Assembly (NCBI GenBank): GCA_958295855.1
Contig: OY282383.1
Coordinates: 106,707 to 170,706 of the forward strand
DNA length: 64,000 bases
Source: an uncultured Poribacteria bacterium
Lineage (GTDB): Bacteria; Poribacteria; WGA-4E; WGA-3G
Direction: 5' to 3'
Below are positions 29,306 through 38,140 of this stretch, one piece after another (positions within the stretch are counted from its first letter, which is position 1; the number at the start of each line of letters is the position of its first letter). The notes beneath the pieces are model-generated. The model was not told where the DNA came from, searched no databases, and was given only the letters and a program-made list of their open reading frames with translations. The translations under genes were made by a program, and so were the position numbers.

Positions 29306-29830
29306 ATGGCTCGGCATGATTTAGAGAATCTGCCGAGGCTCCAGTGTCCTGATGGTTATCACATCCGGACTTATCAGAAAGGGGATGAGGTGCATTGGGC
29401 GCGAATCATGGACAGAGCCTTCGTCGACAAAGGCAGAACTGCCCAGGATGCGTACCGGGATGTCATCAGCCACCCTAATTTTGATCCGGATGGGTTCTTT
29501 TTCGTTCTCCACGAGGGGACACCCATCGGCACGGCATGTGCATGGAATCGATGTCTCCGTGGCAAACGGATTGGTTACATTGACATGCTCGCGGTGCTTC
29601 CAGAGCACACCGGACATAGACTTGGAAAATGGCTAACGGTGTCTGTCCTGCACTATTTTAAAGCGCGGTGTGTGGCGTATGTGATGTTAGACACTGACGA
29701 TTTTCGGCTTTCTGCAATTAAAAATTATCTCAATTTGGCGTTCGTTCCTGTTTATGCTGGCGAAAATCACGGTGAACGTTGGCAGGCAATCTTTGAAAGA
29801 CTAGGTGTTCCCCCTGTTGCAATTGCATAA
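29306..29830 (+). CDS. GNAT-family N-acetyltransferase, paralogue 2
   Basis: MARHDLENLPRL...YQKGDEVHWARI...LAVLPEHTGHRLGKWL...LDTDDFRLSAIKNYLNLAFVPVY. Colinear with the gene at 26833-27369. Confidence 0.7.
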   Translation: MARHDLENLPRLQCPDGYHIRTYQKGDEVHWARIMDRAFVDKGRTAQDAYRDVISHPNFDPDGFFFVLHEGTPIGTACAWNRCLRGKRIGYIDMLAVLPEHTGHRLGKWLTVSVLHYFKARCVAYVMLDTDDFRLSAIKNYLNLAFVPVYAGENHGERWQAIFERLGVPPVAIA

Positions 29831-30111
29831 GAGGCCTCCGAACCGCTCCGCACCTCCTTTTCTTTACGAAATCCGATTTTTCGTCATTCCTTGCGGAGAA
29901 TAGCATTGCAATGCTGTTCTCACAATACTCTGTAGCTCTGGTCGGAAGGCCCTTATGCACCCTTAATTAGCAGACAACACGCTACAACTAATAAGGAGAG
30001 TTAGTCACGCATTTTCAATGCGTGGCGAAGTTCTCCCGATTTTGAAGAGGGTTCACACCCCCGCAAGCGGGGGCGAGAACCTCATGCGGAAAAATCGGAG
30101 CAGAAACCCAA

Positions 30112-31740
30112 TTGACGAAAATACGAAAACGGGCTATTCATCTTGTCATGCCTGCGGTTCTGGCCATCGGCTTTGCGGCCCGCCTCATCGGCATAAACAT
30201 CGGCTTGCCCGACTCACCCGATCCGCGCGAGGCACTCATTGCCCAAGATGTGCTGAATCTTATTCATTTCACTGCACCCCCTGAAATCTACAACTGGCCA
30301 GGAACAGCTTGGTTCTACCTTATTGCTTTAATAGGCAAAGTCCTTTCAATCGGCGGCTTTCATCTCACCGAAGCGCGCGTGATTTGGGTGGCACGGCTCC
30401 TCAACGCGCTGCTATCCACAACTACCCTGTGGCTCACCTATCGTCTCGGAATGCGCTGTTACAACAGACATGTCGGGCAGATTGCGGCAGGTTTCCTCGC
30501 AGTCGCGATGCTACACGCTACCAATGAATCGCGTTTCGCACTCGTTGACATTCCTGCTACCTTCTGTGTCACCTTGTTTCTCTCAATAGTTGCTGGAAAT
30601 ACCCGCCTCACCTTCAAAACCGCTGTGTGGCTTGGTATCCTTGCCGGTATCGGTTTCGCAGTCAAATTCACAACCGTTTTCGCAGGTTTCTCCCTTCTAA
30701 TTTTTATTGGCACAGACAACTTTTACCGAAGGTTCGCAACAATTATTGCCGTTTCTGCCTTGACTTTTACGCTGCTATGTCCCTATTGGCTAATCGATGT
30801 AGTTTCGCCACAGTGGAACCTCTTCTTTGAGGATTTCTGGTACGAAGCCACACACTACCACCGGGGCCACTTCGGGCTATTCGCTACCGCCGACACCAGT
30901 TGGGCGCATCGGTTTATCTACATAATGACACTTCTGAAGTGGGGGTTGGGATGGCCGCTTGCTCTTTTGGCAAGTTTTGGGGTAATTTATGCAATTGCCA
31001 CGGCGGTATTGCATCAAAAATGCCACATCTTGCAAGGCACGAGTTGTTGTTCAAAAAACGCCAGAAGACGACTTCGCCTGCAACCTGATGAAAAAAAACG
31101 GGTATGGCTTTTGCTTGCCTTCGTTATCCCGTATCTGCTGTTTATTGGCGCACATAAGGTTACGTTTACGCGCCATCTGCTAATCCTCTATCCGGCACTC
31201 ACAATTCTTGCCGCCGCTGCACTAAGCACGTTTGAAAAACGGAGCGCGATTGCCATCGGTGGGGCTGTCATGCTTTACTCGTTCATTTACACCGCCGCTT
31301 TCGCCTCAGTCCTGATGTCGCAACCGACCGGGGGTGAGGTGTCCGAGTGGATATCCGCCAACATTCCACAAGAGGAATCTATTTCACGTTCCCCGGAAAT
31401 CTTATTCGATTGGCTCCTTCCCGAATTAGACCGGGAGCTGACAGATGAAGAGGCGGAATGGGCACTCATTCTTCTGCCGAACAGCGAGGTGTTCCAAAAG
31501 TACGCACAACAGCCGCACCATTATCAAAAACAGGATTGGTATCCTCTGGTGGAAATTGACATGGAGGGAACCCTAGAATTTTACGAACGAATCTTAGCGG
31601 AGGGAAGCCCTTATGAATTGCGCCAGATATTTCGCAGCACCCCGAATTTCCTAGGCATTCGCATCTCCGATAGGGACGCGCCGTTTCCGATGCGGGCACT
31701 TGCACACCCTGAGATTCGTCTTTATCGTCGCCGCGATTAA
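30112..31740 (+). CDS. ArnT/PMT-like membrane glycosyltransferase (GT39/GT83-like)
   Basis: About 11 TM helices with a C-terminal soluble domain. The first loop has PDSPDPRE. The general architecture matches dolichyl-phosphate-mannose or undecaprenyl-phosphate sugar transferases. Start uncertain (TTG at 30112). Confidence 0.6.
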   Translation: MTKIRKRAIHLVMPAVLAIGFAARLIGINIGLPDSPDPREALIAQDVLNLIHFTAPPEIYNWPGTAWFYLIALIGKVLSIGGFHLTEARVIWVARLLNALLSTTTLWLTYRLGMRCYNRHVGQIAAGFLAVAMLHATNESRFALVDIPATFCVTLFLSIVAGNTRLTFKTAVWLGILAGIGFAVKFTTVFAGFSLLIFIGTDNFYRRFATIIAVSALTFTLLCPYWLIDVVSPQWNLFFEDFWYEATHYHRGHFGLFATADTSWAHRFIYIMTLLKWGLGWPLALLASFGVIYAIATAVLHQKCHILQGTSCCSKNARRRLRLQPDEKKRVWLLLAFVIPYLLFIGAHKVTFTRHLLILYPALTILAAAALSTFEKRSAIAIGGAVMLYSFIYTAAFASVLMSQPTGGEVSEWISANIPQEESISRSPEILFDWLLPELDRELTDEEAEWALILLPNSEVFQKYAQQPHHYQKQDWYPLVEIDMEGTLEFYERILAEGSPYELRQIFRSTPNFLGIRISDRDAPFPMRALAHPEIRLYRRRD

Positions 31741-31890
31741 AGGTTGCAGCAGAAACCTCCGCCGACATCTACGAGGCGCGCTAATGCGCGCGTTTTTGGT
31801 GCCTTGCCAATGGTATTTGCCCCTGCAAAGCAGGGGTTTCATACTCATGCTGATTACTCCGCAAGGAATGACAAAAAACACGAAATGCCC

Positions 31891-32568
31891 TTACATGAGT
31901 GGTGCCGTGAAATGTTCCTTTTGGATAGGGACGATAGCCCCTAAGATTTGGTGAAGCACATCCGCCGGAATTGTGTTAGCATCAACGATCCTAATTAGTT
32001 CTTGCGGATAGCGGTCGATTAGCGGTTCGGTTTCTCGTTTGTAAACATCCCATCGGTACCGAACTATCAATTCGTCGGTATCGTCTTGCCTGTTCTCTTT
32101 AATTGCCCGCCCACGGATGCGCTGAAACATCACTTCCCGGTCCTCGCAAACCATGTAGATAACGTTAAGAAGGTTGAGATAAGGAGCTATCAATGTGGCT
32201 TGATTAATATTCCGGGGAATGCCATCCAGAACGAGCAGATCCGATGCTGGATTGTAAACTTTTTCACACGCTTTGGCTTGGACATAGTTCTGCCATATTT
32301 TAACGGTAATACTATCCGGTACGAGTTCGCCGCGGGTTGCATATTGATGAAAGATTTTTCCTAATTTGGAATTTTCATCAAGCTGGCGGAACATGTCCCC
32401 GCTAGAAATGTGAAAGATACCGGGGATTTGTGCTAACAATTTCCCTTGTGTACCTTTGCCGACGCCGGGCGGGCCGACAATAATTACAGATTGATAACAC
32501 GGTTTTTCCTCCGCGTGTGGGAGGTTTTGATCCGTTGTCATGCTTATTCTTTCCCTCAGCCGCTTCAC
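31891..32568 (-). CDS. adk: Adenylate kinase family protein
   Basis: P-loop GPPGVGKGTQ, SSGDMFR, LDGIPRN and R..D. About 200 aa core with an N-terminal extension. Confidence 0.75.
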   Translation of the reverse strand: MKRLRERISMTTDQNLPHAEEKPCYQSVIIVGPPGVGKGTQGKLLAQIPGIFHISSGDMFRQLDENSKLGKIFHQYATRGELVPDSITVKIWQNYVQAKACEKVYNPASDLLVLDGIPRNINQATLIAPYLNLLNVIYMVCEDREVMFQRIRGRAIKENRQDDTDELIVRYRWDVYKRETEPLIDRYPQELIRIVDANTIPADVLHQILGAIVPIQKEHFTAPLM

Positions 32569-32737
32569 TACTCTCCGTTGAGCGGGCTTGCGCGCTGACG
32601 ATGCGCGCCTACAGTAAATTATGTGAGCAGTTCATCACGCATTGAAAATGCGTGGTATACCTTTTGTGCACTAGTAATTAGAGTCAATTGCTTATCGATT
32701 TTCATAGACATAAACGCCAACGCGTCTACAATAATCG

Positions 32738-33793
32738 TTACAGGCCAAGCAGATGTTGAAGGATGTAGAAATCCAAACCTTCATAGTCTCGTGCCGCGAT
32801 AAACTCCTGCTCCACCTTTTTGTCAAACGTCCGAACTTTCTCAAGTAGGTTAAGGAAGGTTCTGCGGCTACTCAATAGGTGTTTTGTTGAAATGTGGCGC
32901 GGTTGTGTTCGCATAACCTTGACATCCAATCCGACGAATTCTCCATTCCTACCGTAGCCGTTCTCTTCGAGCACCCGAACCTGATTAAAGGCACGCCGCA
33001 AATTCACGGAACCGAACGCCTTGTCCTGGTCGAATTTGAGGCCGTTCTGATCGTTGAGATGTACACTCCAGAGCTTCTTATGGTAGAGCGCGTAACCCAT
33101 TTCATCGGACGGTTCTAGCCCTGCCAGAATAGCATGCGCGCTCTCGATTAACCCGCCGACGCGTTCCGGGGCATCGCTTGCATAAGCCAAACCGATAGCG
33201 TGTCCAATCGTTGGAATATAAGCCATGTCCATCGGTTCATTCGGCTTCGGTTCAATCAGAATCCGCATCTCCGAATCGTAGTCGAGTAGCGCGTTAATCG
33301 CGTCCAGAATGTATCCCACAGCGTTTGCTGAACTTTTTGTTTCGCGGATATAGGTACCTTCGCGGGCAAGCCAGAGCACCAGATTTTTACACCCAATCTC
33401 ATTGGCAATATCTACACAACGTTTTGAACGTTCAAGCGCGTACTGTCGCTCTTTGGCAGAATTAGCCGTGTAAGCACCATCAATCGTCAGGGGTGACTCC
33501 CATAGCCGTGGCGCAACTACCTCCGCAGTCAAACCGTGGTTATCAATCTGTGTTTTGACTGCCTTTGTCCTCGACATTAACTGCGCGTGCCCTCCCTTGT
33601 TAAAAGTCTCGTCAATATCAGGCACAATGTCATCGTCATGAAATTGAATCCCGACAAAGCCAAGGTCGCGGTAAAACTCAACCTTTTCATCAAAACTGAA
33701 CGACTCTCGCACAGCCGGGCCAAAAGGGTCAGTACCCTCGTGTATATTCCAGGGGCCAAAAGAGAAACAGTATTCTGTAAACGGTTTCGTCAT
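32738..33793 (-). CDS. xylA: Xylose isomerase, class I (actinobacterial-type) homologue
   Basis: FSFGPWNI..GTDPFGPAVR, QFHDDDIVP, LVLWLAREG, IEPKPNEP, LYHKKLWSVHLNDQNGLKFDQD and ILQHLLG are colinear with Actinoplanes/Streptomyces XylA. Start at the ATG at 33793 after ggaggaaaaaaa. Confidence 0.75.
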   Translation of the reverse strand: MTKPFTEYCFSFGPWNIHEGTDPFGPAVRESFSFDEKVEFYRDLGFVGIQFHDDDIVPDIDETFNKGGHAQLMSRTKAVKTQIDNHGLTAEVVAPRLWESPLTIDGAYTANSAKERQYALERSKRCVDIANEIGCKNLVLWLAREGTYIRETKSSANAVGYILDAINALLDYDSEMRILIEPKPNEPMDMAYIPTIGHAIGLAYASDAPERVGGLIESAHAILAGLEPSDEMGYALYHKKLWSVHLNDQNGLKFDQDKAFGSVNLRRAFNQVRVLEENGYGRNGEFVGLDVKVMRTQPRHISTKHLLSSRRTFLNLLEKVRTFDKKVEQEFIAARDYEGLDFYILQHLLGL

Positions 33794-34041
33794 TTTTTTC
33801 CTCCAGGCAGTTTGCGCGCTGAAAACGCTCACCTCAGGGCACGATTTTGCCTATAGCGGGTTATACCAGATTAACTTCATGCCTGTAGGGGTAGGCCTTG
33901 TGTCTACCCTCCCTTCGTCGTCTCCGCCCGGAAACCTTCCGAAACGAAAAAACAATACAAATCAGGGTAATAATGTAAGAAATAAAAAAGTCGCTCACGC
34001 TTTGCTCACAACTTGGTATTACGCTATTTCTCAAAAATTAC

Positions 34042-34071
34042 TTGACTTTTCTAATAAGTATAAAGTATTAT
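34042..34071 (+). promoter_or_regulatory. Candidate promoter of the Omp85-family gene
   Basis: TTGACT (34042-34047), an 18-nt spacer, then TATTAT (34066-34071). Confidence 0.4.
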
Positions 34072-34128
34072 TTTAAATGTGTCAAGCAATTCTGACGTAT
34101 ATCCGCGTAAAAAAGGAGTTTTCCAAGA

Positions 34129-37100
34129 ATGTTATCCTCAATTCACGCAATTCTATCCTATCTCCTACTACTTTTTTCTTTTATGCTTGGGATAAACCTC
34201 TCTGCCCAAGCTGGAGAGGCAGCGCCTGATGAAGTCGCCGGAACAACACCTTCCTCAGCTGCCGCCGAGTCAATCAGTGCAGAAAAACAGACTTTCAGTT
34301 TTGACGGTGTCTATCAAATAGCACTTAATCTGGATGTACCTGGGAACGTTGAAGTCGTAGCTACGGACAGCGACCTGATTAGCGTCGCACTGGAAAAGCG
34401 AGAACAGAACCAAACCGCCATAAAGGCCTACCTCGATAGCATCACCCTAACGGGGGCTCAAGAAGAAGGCACACTTCAGTTGAAATTAAAGCTGCCGGAC
34501 GACGCGTCCAAAGCACTATCAGAAAGTCAAAGTGCACACGCCATAAAACAGCAACTTCAGTTGAACTACGTCATTAAAACACCCGCTGATGTATCCATCC
34601 AGATTCAAGCAAAAGCTGGAGATATACGCCTTCAGCGAATCCGCGGCAAAATAGAAATCGCAACCGACACAGGGAATGTACATTTAGATGAAACGTTAGG
34701 CAACTATAACGTCAGCGTAATGGAAGGGCGCGTCTACGGTAAGATTTTGTTAACCCACGGGCAGAACAAGATAGAGACGCAAAATGGCTCCATCGATCTG
34801 GTTGTGCTTGATACAGTCGCCTCGCCGATGGATTTGACTGCGCGTGGGGGCAGCATTCGACTCCGCTTACCCGAAAATTACGCCGCGGATGTCGAATTTG
34901 AGAGCGAAAAACAGCAAGTTGTTATTAACCTTCCCTCACAAATTGAGGATAACATAGCGTTTATTAACGAAGGCGGTCCTCTGCTACGCCTGATAGCCAC
35001 TGATGCGATTTCACTCCTATTGAGCACGTCCAATAGCACAAGTGAAAGTGCGCCTACAGATGTCGCGCCAGATGCGCTAGCAGATTCCGCCCAACCTGTA
35101 CCGAAAACAGCGCACCCTCCTACTATTGATGGAAATTTATCTGAAAAAGCGTGGCGCACAGCCGCCGCGCTCTCGCCCTTTCAGAACCCAGAGGGCACCG
35201 AAACGCCAAAAGATCCGACTGAAGCCTTTTTAATGTGGGACGCGCAAAACCTCTATATCGGTGCAAAGGCGTACATTGCCCAGTGGCAGGTTCCCCGTAT
35301 TTCACAAACGCAGCAGGATTCGCCTGTCTGGGAAGACGAGTCGGTTGAAATCCTGCTAGATGCGAACCCACAAACCGAGGTTTACTACCACCTTATTGTT
35401 AACCCCATTGGTGCCCTATTCGATCAGCAGGTTAACGCCGCAGGCGAGCCCAATTTCCGATTCGCCCCGGCCGATGTTCAACGGCGCACGCAGGATAGCA
35501 CGACAAAACAGTTCAAGGCGGAGCACACATGGAATTCAGGTGCCAAGGTTGCAACTCAAATTAATGCAGCTTTTTGGAGCTTCGAGGTTGCCCTCCCACG
35601 CAAGGTATTAAAACAGAATTCTAAGAATACCTGGCTCTTTAATATGCACAGAAAGGCATTGGGCGACTTGGTCACGGATTTCCACACCCGGCAGCTGATG
35701 AACACCTTTAATAGGCAGCAGAACACACGGAACAACACAGACAACTTGGAATTGCCTGAAAGCACCACCCAAGGAGAACATAGCTATTGGTTACCGACTT
35801 ACGATGCGGAGCATCCCTGGTGGCCCCATCGGAAAGAAGCAATGGGAGCACTCACGCTGGTAACCGCGCAATCATCCACTTTGGAAACCTTTCACACCGA
35901 AGAAAAGTTGGAAGTTACAGCGATTGAAATTGAAGGTAACACTACAATTCCAACGGACGTTGTACTACAGCAAATCCCGATGGAGCCAGGCGAGGTTGTC
36001 ACAAACGCACACCTCTCGTGGCTAATTACAGAACTGAAAAACCATGACTGGTTTCAGACGGTACATTTGGAGACTGTAGTTCCCGAAGCCGGCGAGCACA
36101 AATCGCCATTAAGTCCTCTGCACGAGCAATCTCCTGCTGATAAAACTGAGAACCCATTGCCTGCTGAACCATTGAAAGTCATTGTGCGTATCCGCGTGAC
36201 TGAGGCACCTGTACAATTTGTGCGCCACATTGACATCACCGGAAATAGAAGTTTTCCTGCACAATTTATCAAGGATTGGTTTCGGCTAGAACCAGGCTAT
36301 CTAGCGGTGGCATCTGTCAAACTAAAACAACAACTCATTGCTAATTTTTATTGGTACCGAGGTTACGAGTTTGCAAAAACCACGTATCAATTCGCAGCGG
36401 ATAGCCTGCAGTTTACCGTCGATGAAGGGACCTTGGACGAAATCCGTTTCACCGGGAATGACCGGATCTCATACGCGGAACTGGCATCAGCCCTTGAGCT
36501 GGAAACGGAAGGGGTTTACTATCGAACGCTCGGCCAAGCGAAAATAAACAGCATGCGCAAGCAACTCAGCGAAAACAACCCACACTTCAAATCTATTCAG
36601 AATTGGCGAGTACAACGCGAGGGTGGGAAAAACATCTTGGTTGTTGACATTGAGGAACAACCTTCTGTCAAGCCCAGCGGGACTCCTATTTTTGGATTTA
36701 ACCGTGTTCACGGCTTAGTTCTGGGGGCAGGCGGAAAACTCTCAACCCGCTTCGCGGGGGAAGCACAAATCTTCGGTTCCGTCACCCGTGGATTTTCTAG
36801 CAAGATATGGAATTACAGCGCTGGAATCGAAAAAAACTTTTTTAAGCGGCATGCTTTCAAATTCGGAGGCGGTTTCTTTAAACTCACCGATGTCAGTTAC
36901 AATAACCATTTGCTTCCTACCCAAGCAAATCTCAGTGCCGCATTTTATGGAAGTGCACAGCAGGATTATTATCAACGTCAAGGATATCAAACCTGGATAG
37001 CGCGCGCATTCGGCCCATCGGCGGACCTCAGACTTGAATTCACGCAGGAGAACCATGGGAATCTGTCCAAATCAACAGACTGGAGTTACCTTTACAGGCA

Positions 37101-37809
37101 CCGAATCAAGCGCGGTAACCCGAGAATTGAACGCGGGCAATTGAGAATGCTCTCCCTCAGCTATGCTTTTGATACACGCGACCAGAAGCTTGTACGCCAA
37201 GGCTCCCAAAATATGGGAAGTTATATGCTGTTTTGGCCAAATGAACGCACACGGCGCGGTTGGCGAGGATTCTTCGCAATTCAAACCGCAGGACAACGGC
37301 TCGGTGGCGACTTCGCTTTCAATTCTTATGCATTTGAGTTAGCGCGCTACACACCACTGCTCGGCCCGCACCATTTGAACATCCGTCTCGCAGGGGATTT
37401 TTCGGACACTCCTTTGCCCAAACAACGGCTTCTTTACCTCGGCGGTGCAGCGACACTGCGCGGATATAATTACCACGCATTTGCTGGTGATAACTCAATG
37501 TTGCTTAATATTGAATATCGATTTATCAAAGAAACGCTCATTCGTGCCACTACTCCTAATGCCGTACTCGGGTGGACATTCAGCTGCTTTCTAGATACCG
37601 GCCAAGCCTGGTGGGCTGATGAAAACCCGTTTGCTGATGCTTTCATGAGACAGCTAAAAACCTCAATTGGCATCGGAGTTTCCTTGTTCATTGATCCGGT
37701 CGGCAAATTTTTACCGTGGAGCGTTGCAGCTGAAATTGCCCAACCGCTCGGCACATCGTTTTCTTTACGAAATCCGAAACTCATTTTGCGCTTTGAACGA
37801 ATCTTTTAA
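34129..37809 (+). CDS. Omp85/BamA-family outer-membrane protein with N-terminal DUF4097-like and CBM9/DOMON-like domains
   Basis: The signal peptide is followed by repetitive G.I.L/V beta-helix-like segments (GDIRLQRIRGKIEIATDTGNVHLD...GSIDLVV...GSIRLRL). Next comes PPTIDGNLSEKAW...WEDESVEILLD...YYHLIVNP. A POTRA-like segment (VTAIEIEGNTTIPTDVV.., IDITGNRSF, IRFTGNDRIS) precedes a C-terminal beta-barrel ending in LILRFERIF. Confidence 0.7.
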   Translation: MLSSIHAILSYLLLLFSFMLGINLSAQAGEAAPDEVAGTTPSSAAAESISAEKQTFSFDGVYQIALNLDVPGNVEVVATDSDLISVALEKREQNQTAIKAYLDSITLTGAQEEGTLQLKLKLPDDASKALSESQSAHAIKQQLQLNYVIKTPADVSIQIQAKAGDIRLQRIRGKIEIATDTGNVHLDETLGNYNVSVMEGRVYGKILLTHGQNKIETQNGSIDLVVLDTVASPMDLTARGGSIRLRLPENYAADVEFESEKQQVVINLPSQIEDNIAFINEGGPLLRLIATDAISLLLSTSNSTSESAPTDVAPDALADSAQPVPKTAHPPTIDGNLSEKAWRTAAALSPFQNPEGTETPKDPTEAFLMWDAQNLYIGAKAYIAQWQVPRISQTQQDSPVWEDESVEILLDANPQTEVYYHLIVNPIGALFDQQVNAAGEPNFRFAPADVQRRTQDSTTKQFKAEHTWNSGAKVATQINAAFWSFEVALPRKVLKQNSKNTWLFNMHRKALGDLVTDFHTRQLMNTFNRQQNTRNNTDNLELPESTTQGEHSYWLPTYDAEHPWWPHRKEAMGALTLVTAQSSTLETFHTEEKLEVTAIEIEGNTTIPTDVVLQQIPMEPGEVVTNAHLSWLITELKNHDWFQTVHLETVVPEAGEHKSPLSPLHEQSPADKTENPLPAEPLKVIVRIRVTEAPVQFVRHIDITGNRSFPAQFIKDWFRLEPGYLAVASVKLKQQLIANFYWYRGYEFAKTTYQFAADSLQFTVDEGTLDEIRFTGNDRISYAELASALELETEGVYYRTLGQAKINSMRKQLSENNPHFKSIQNWRVQREGGKNILVVDIEEQPSVKPSGTPIFGFNRVHGLVLGAGGKLSTRFAGEAQIFGSVTRGFSSKIWNYSAGIEKNFFKRHAFKFGGGFFKLTDVSYNNHLLPTQANLSAAFYGSAQQDYYQRQGYQTWIARAFGPSADLRLEFTQENHGNLSKSTDWSYLYRHRIKRGNPRIERGQLRMLSLSYAFDTRDQKLVRQGSQNMGSYMLFWPNERTRRGWRGFFAIQTAGQRLGGDFAFNSYAFELARYTPLLGPHHLNIRLAGDFSDTPLPKQRLLYLGGAATLRGYNYHAFAGDNSMLLNIEYRFIKETLIRATTPNAVLGWTFSCFLDTGQAWWADENPFADAFMRQLKTSIGIGVSLFIDPVGKFLPWSVAAEIAQPLGTSFSLRNPKLILRFERIF

Positions 37810-37819
37810 CCAACAAATT

Positions 37820-38118
37820 GCGTCAAAAACCTCTGACGAGAGCTACAGTGTATTGTCGCACCTAGGGGTAGGCACAAGGCACTACCCCTACGGACTGCGC
37901 CGCAAGGAATAATAAAAATGCGTCAAAAACCTCTGACGAGAGCTACAGTGCATTGTCTACCTAAGGGTAGGCACAAGGCACTACCCCTACGGACTGCACC
38001 GCAAGGAATAACAAAAATGCGTCAAAAACCTCTGACGAGCGCTACAGTGCATTGTCTACCTAAGGGTAGGCACAAGGCACTACCCCTACGGACTGCACCG
38101 CAAGGAATAACAAAAATT
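37820..38118. repeat. Tandem array of 3 composite units of 99-100 bp
   Basis: gcgtcaaaaacctctgacgag starts at 37820, 37920 and 38019. Each unit is a type F module, then gggtaggcacaaggcactacccctacgg, then ccgcaaggaataacaaaaa. Confidence 0.9.
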
Positions 38119-38140
38119 CTCCGCGAGGAATGACAAAAAC

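Noticed and set aside
37918-38133. A 71-aa ORF (and 37667-37912, 81 aa).
   Set aside because: They are encoded by the 3 x 100 bp composite repeat. The internally duplicated peptide MRQKPLT...GRHKALPLRTAPQGITK is a repeat artefact.
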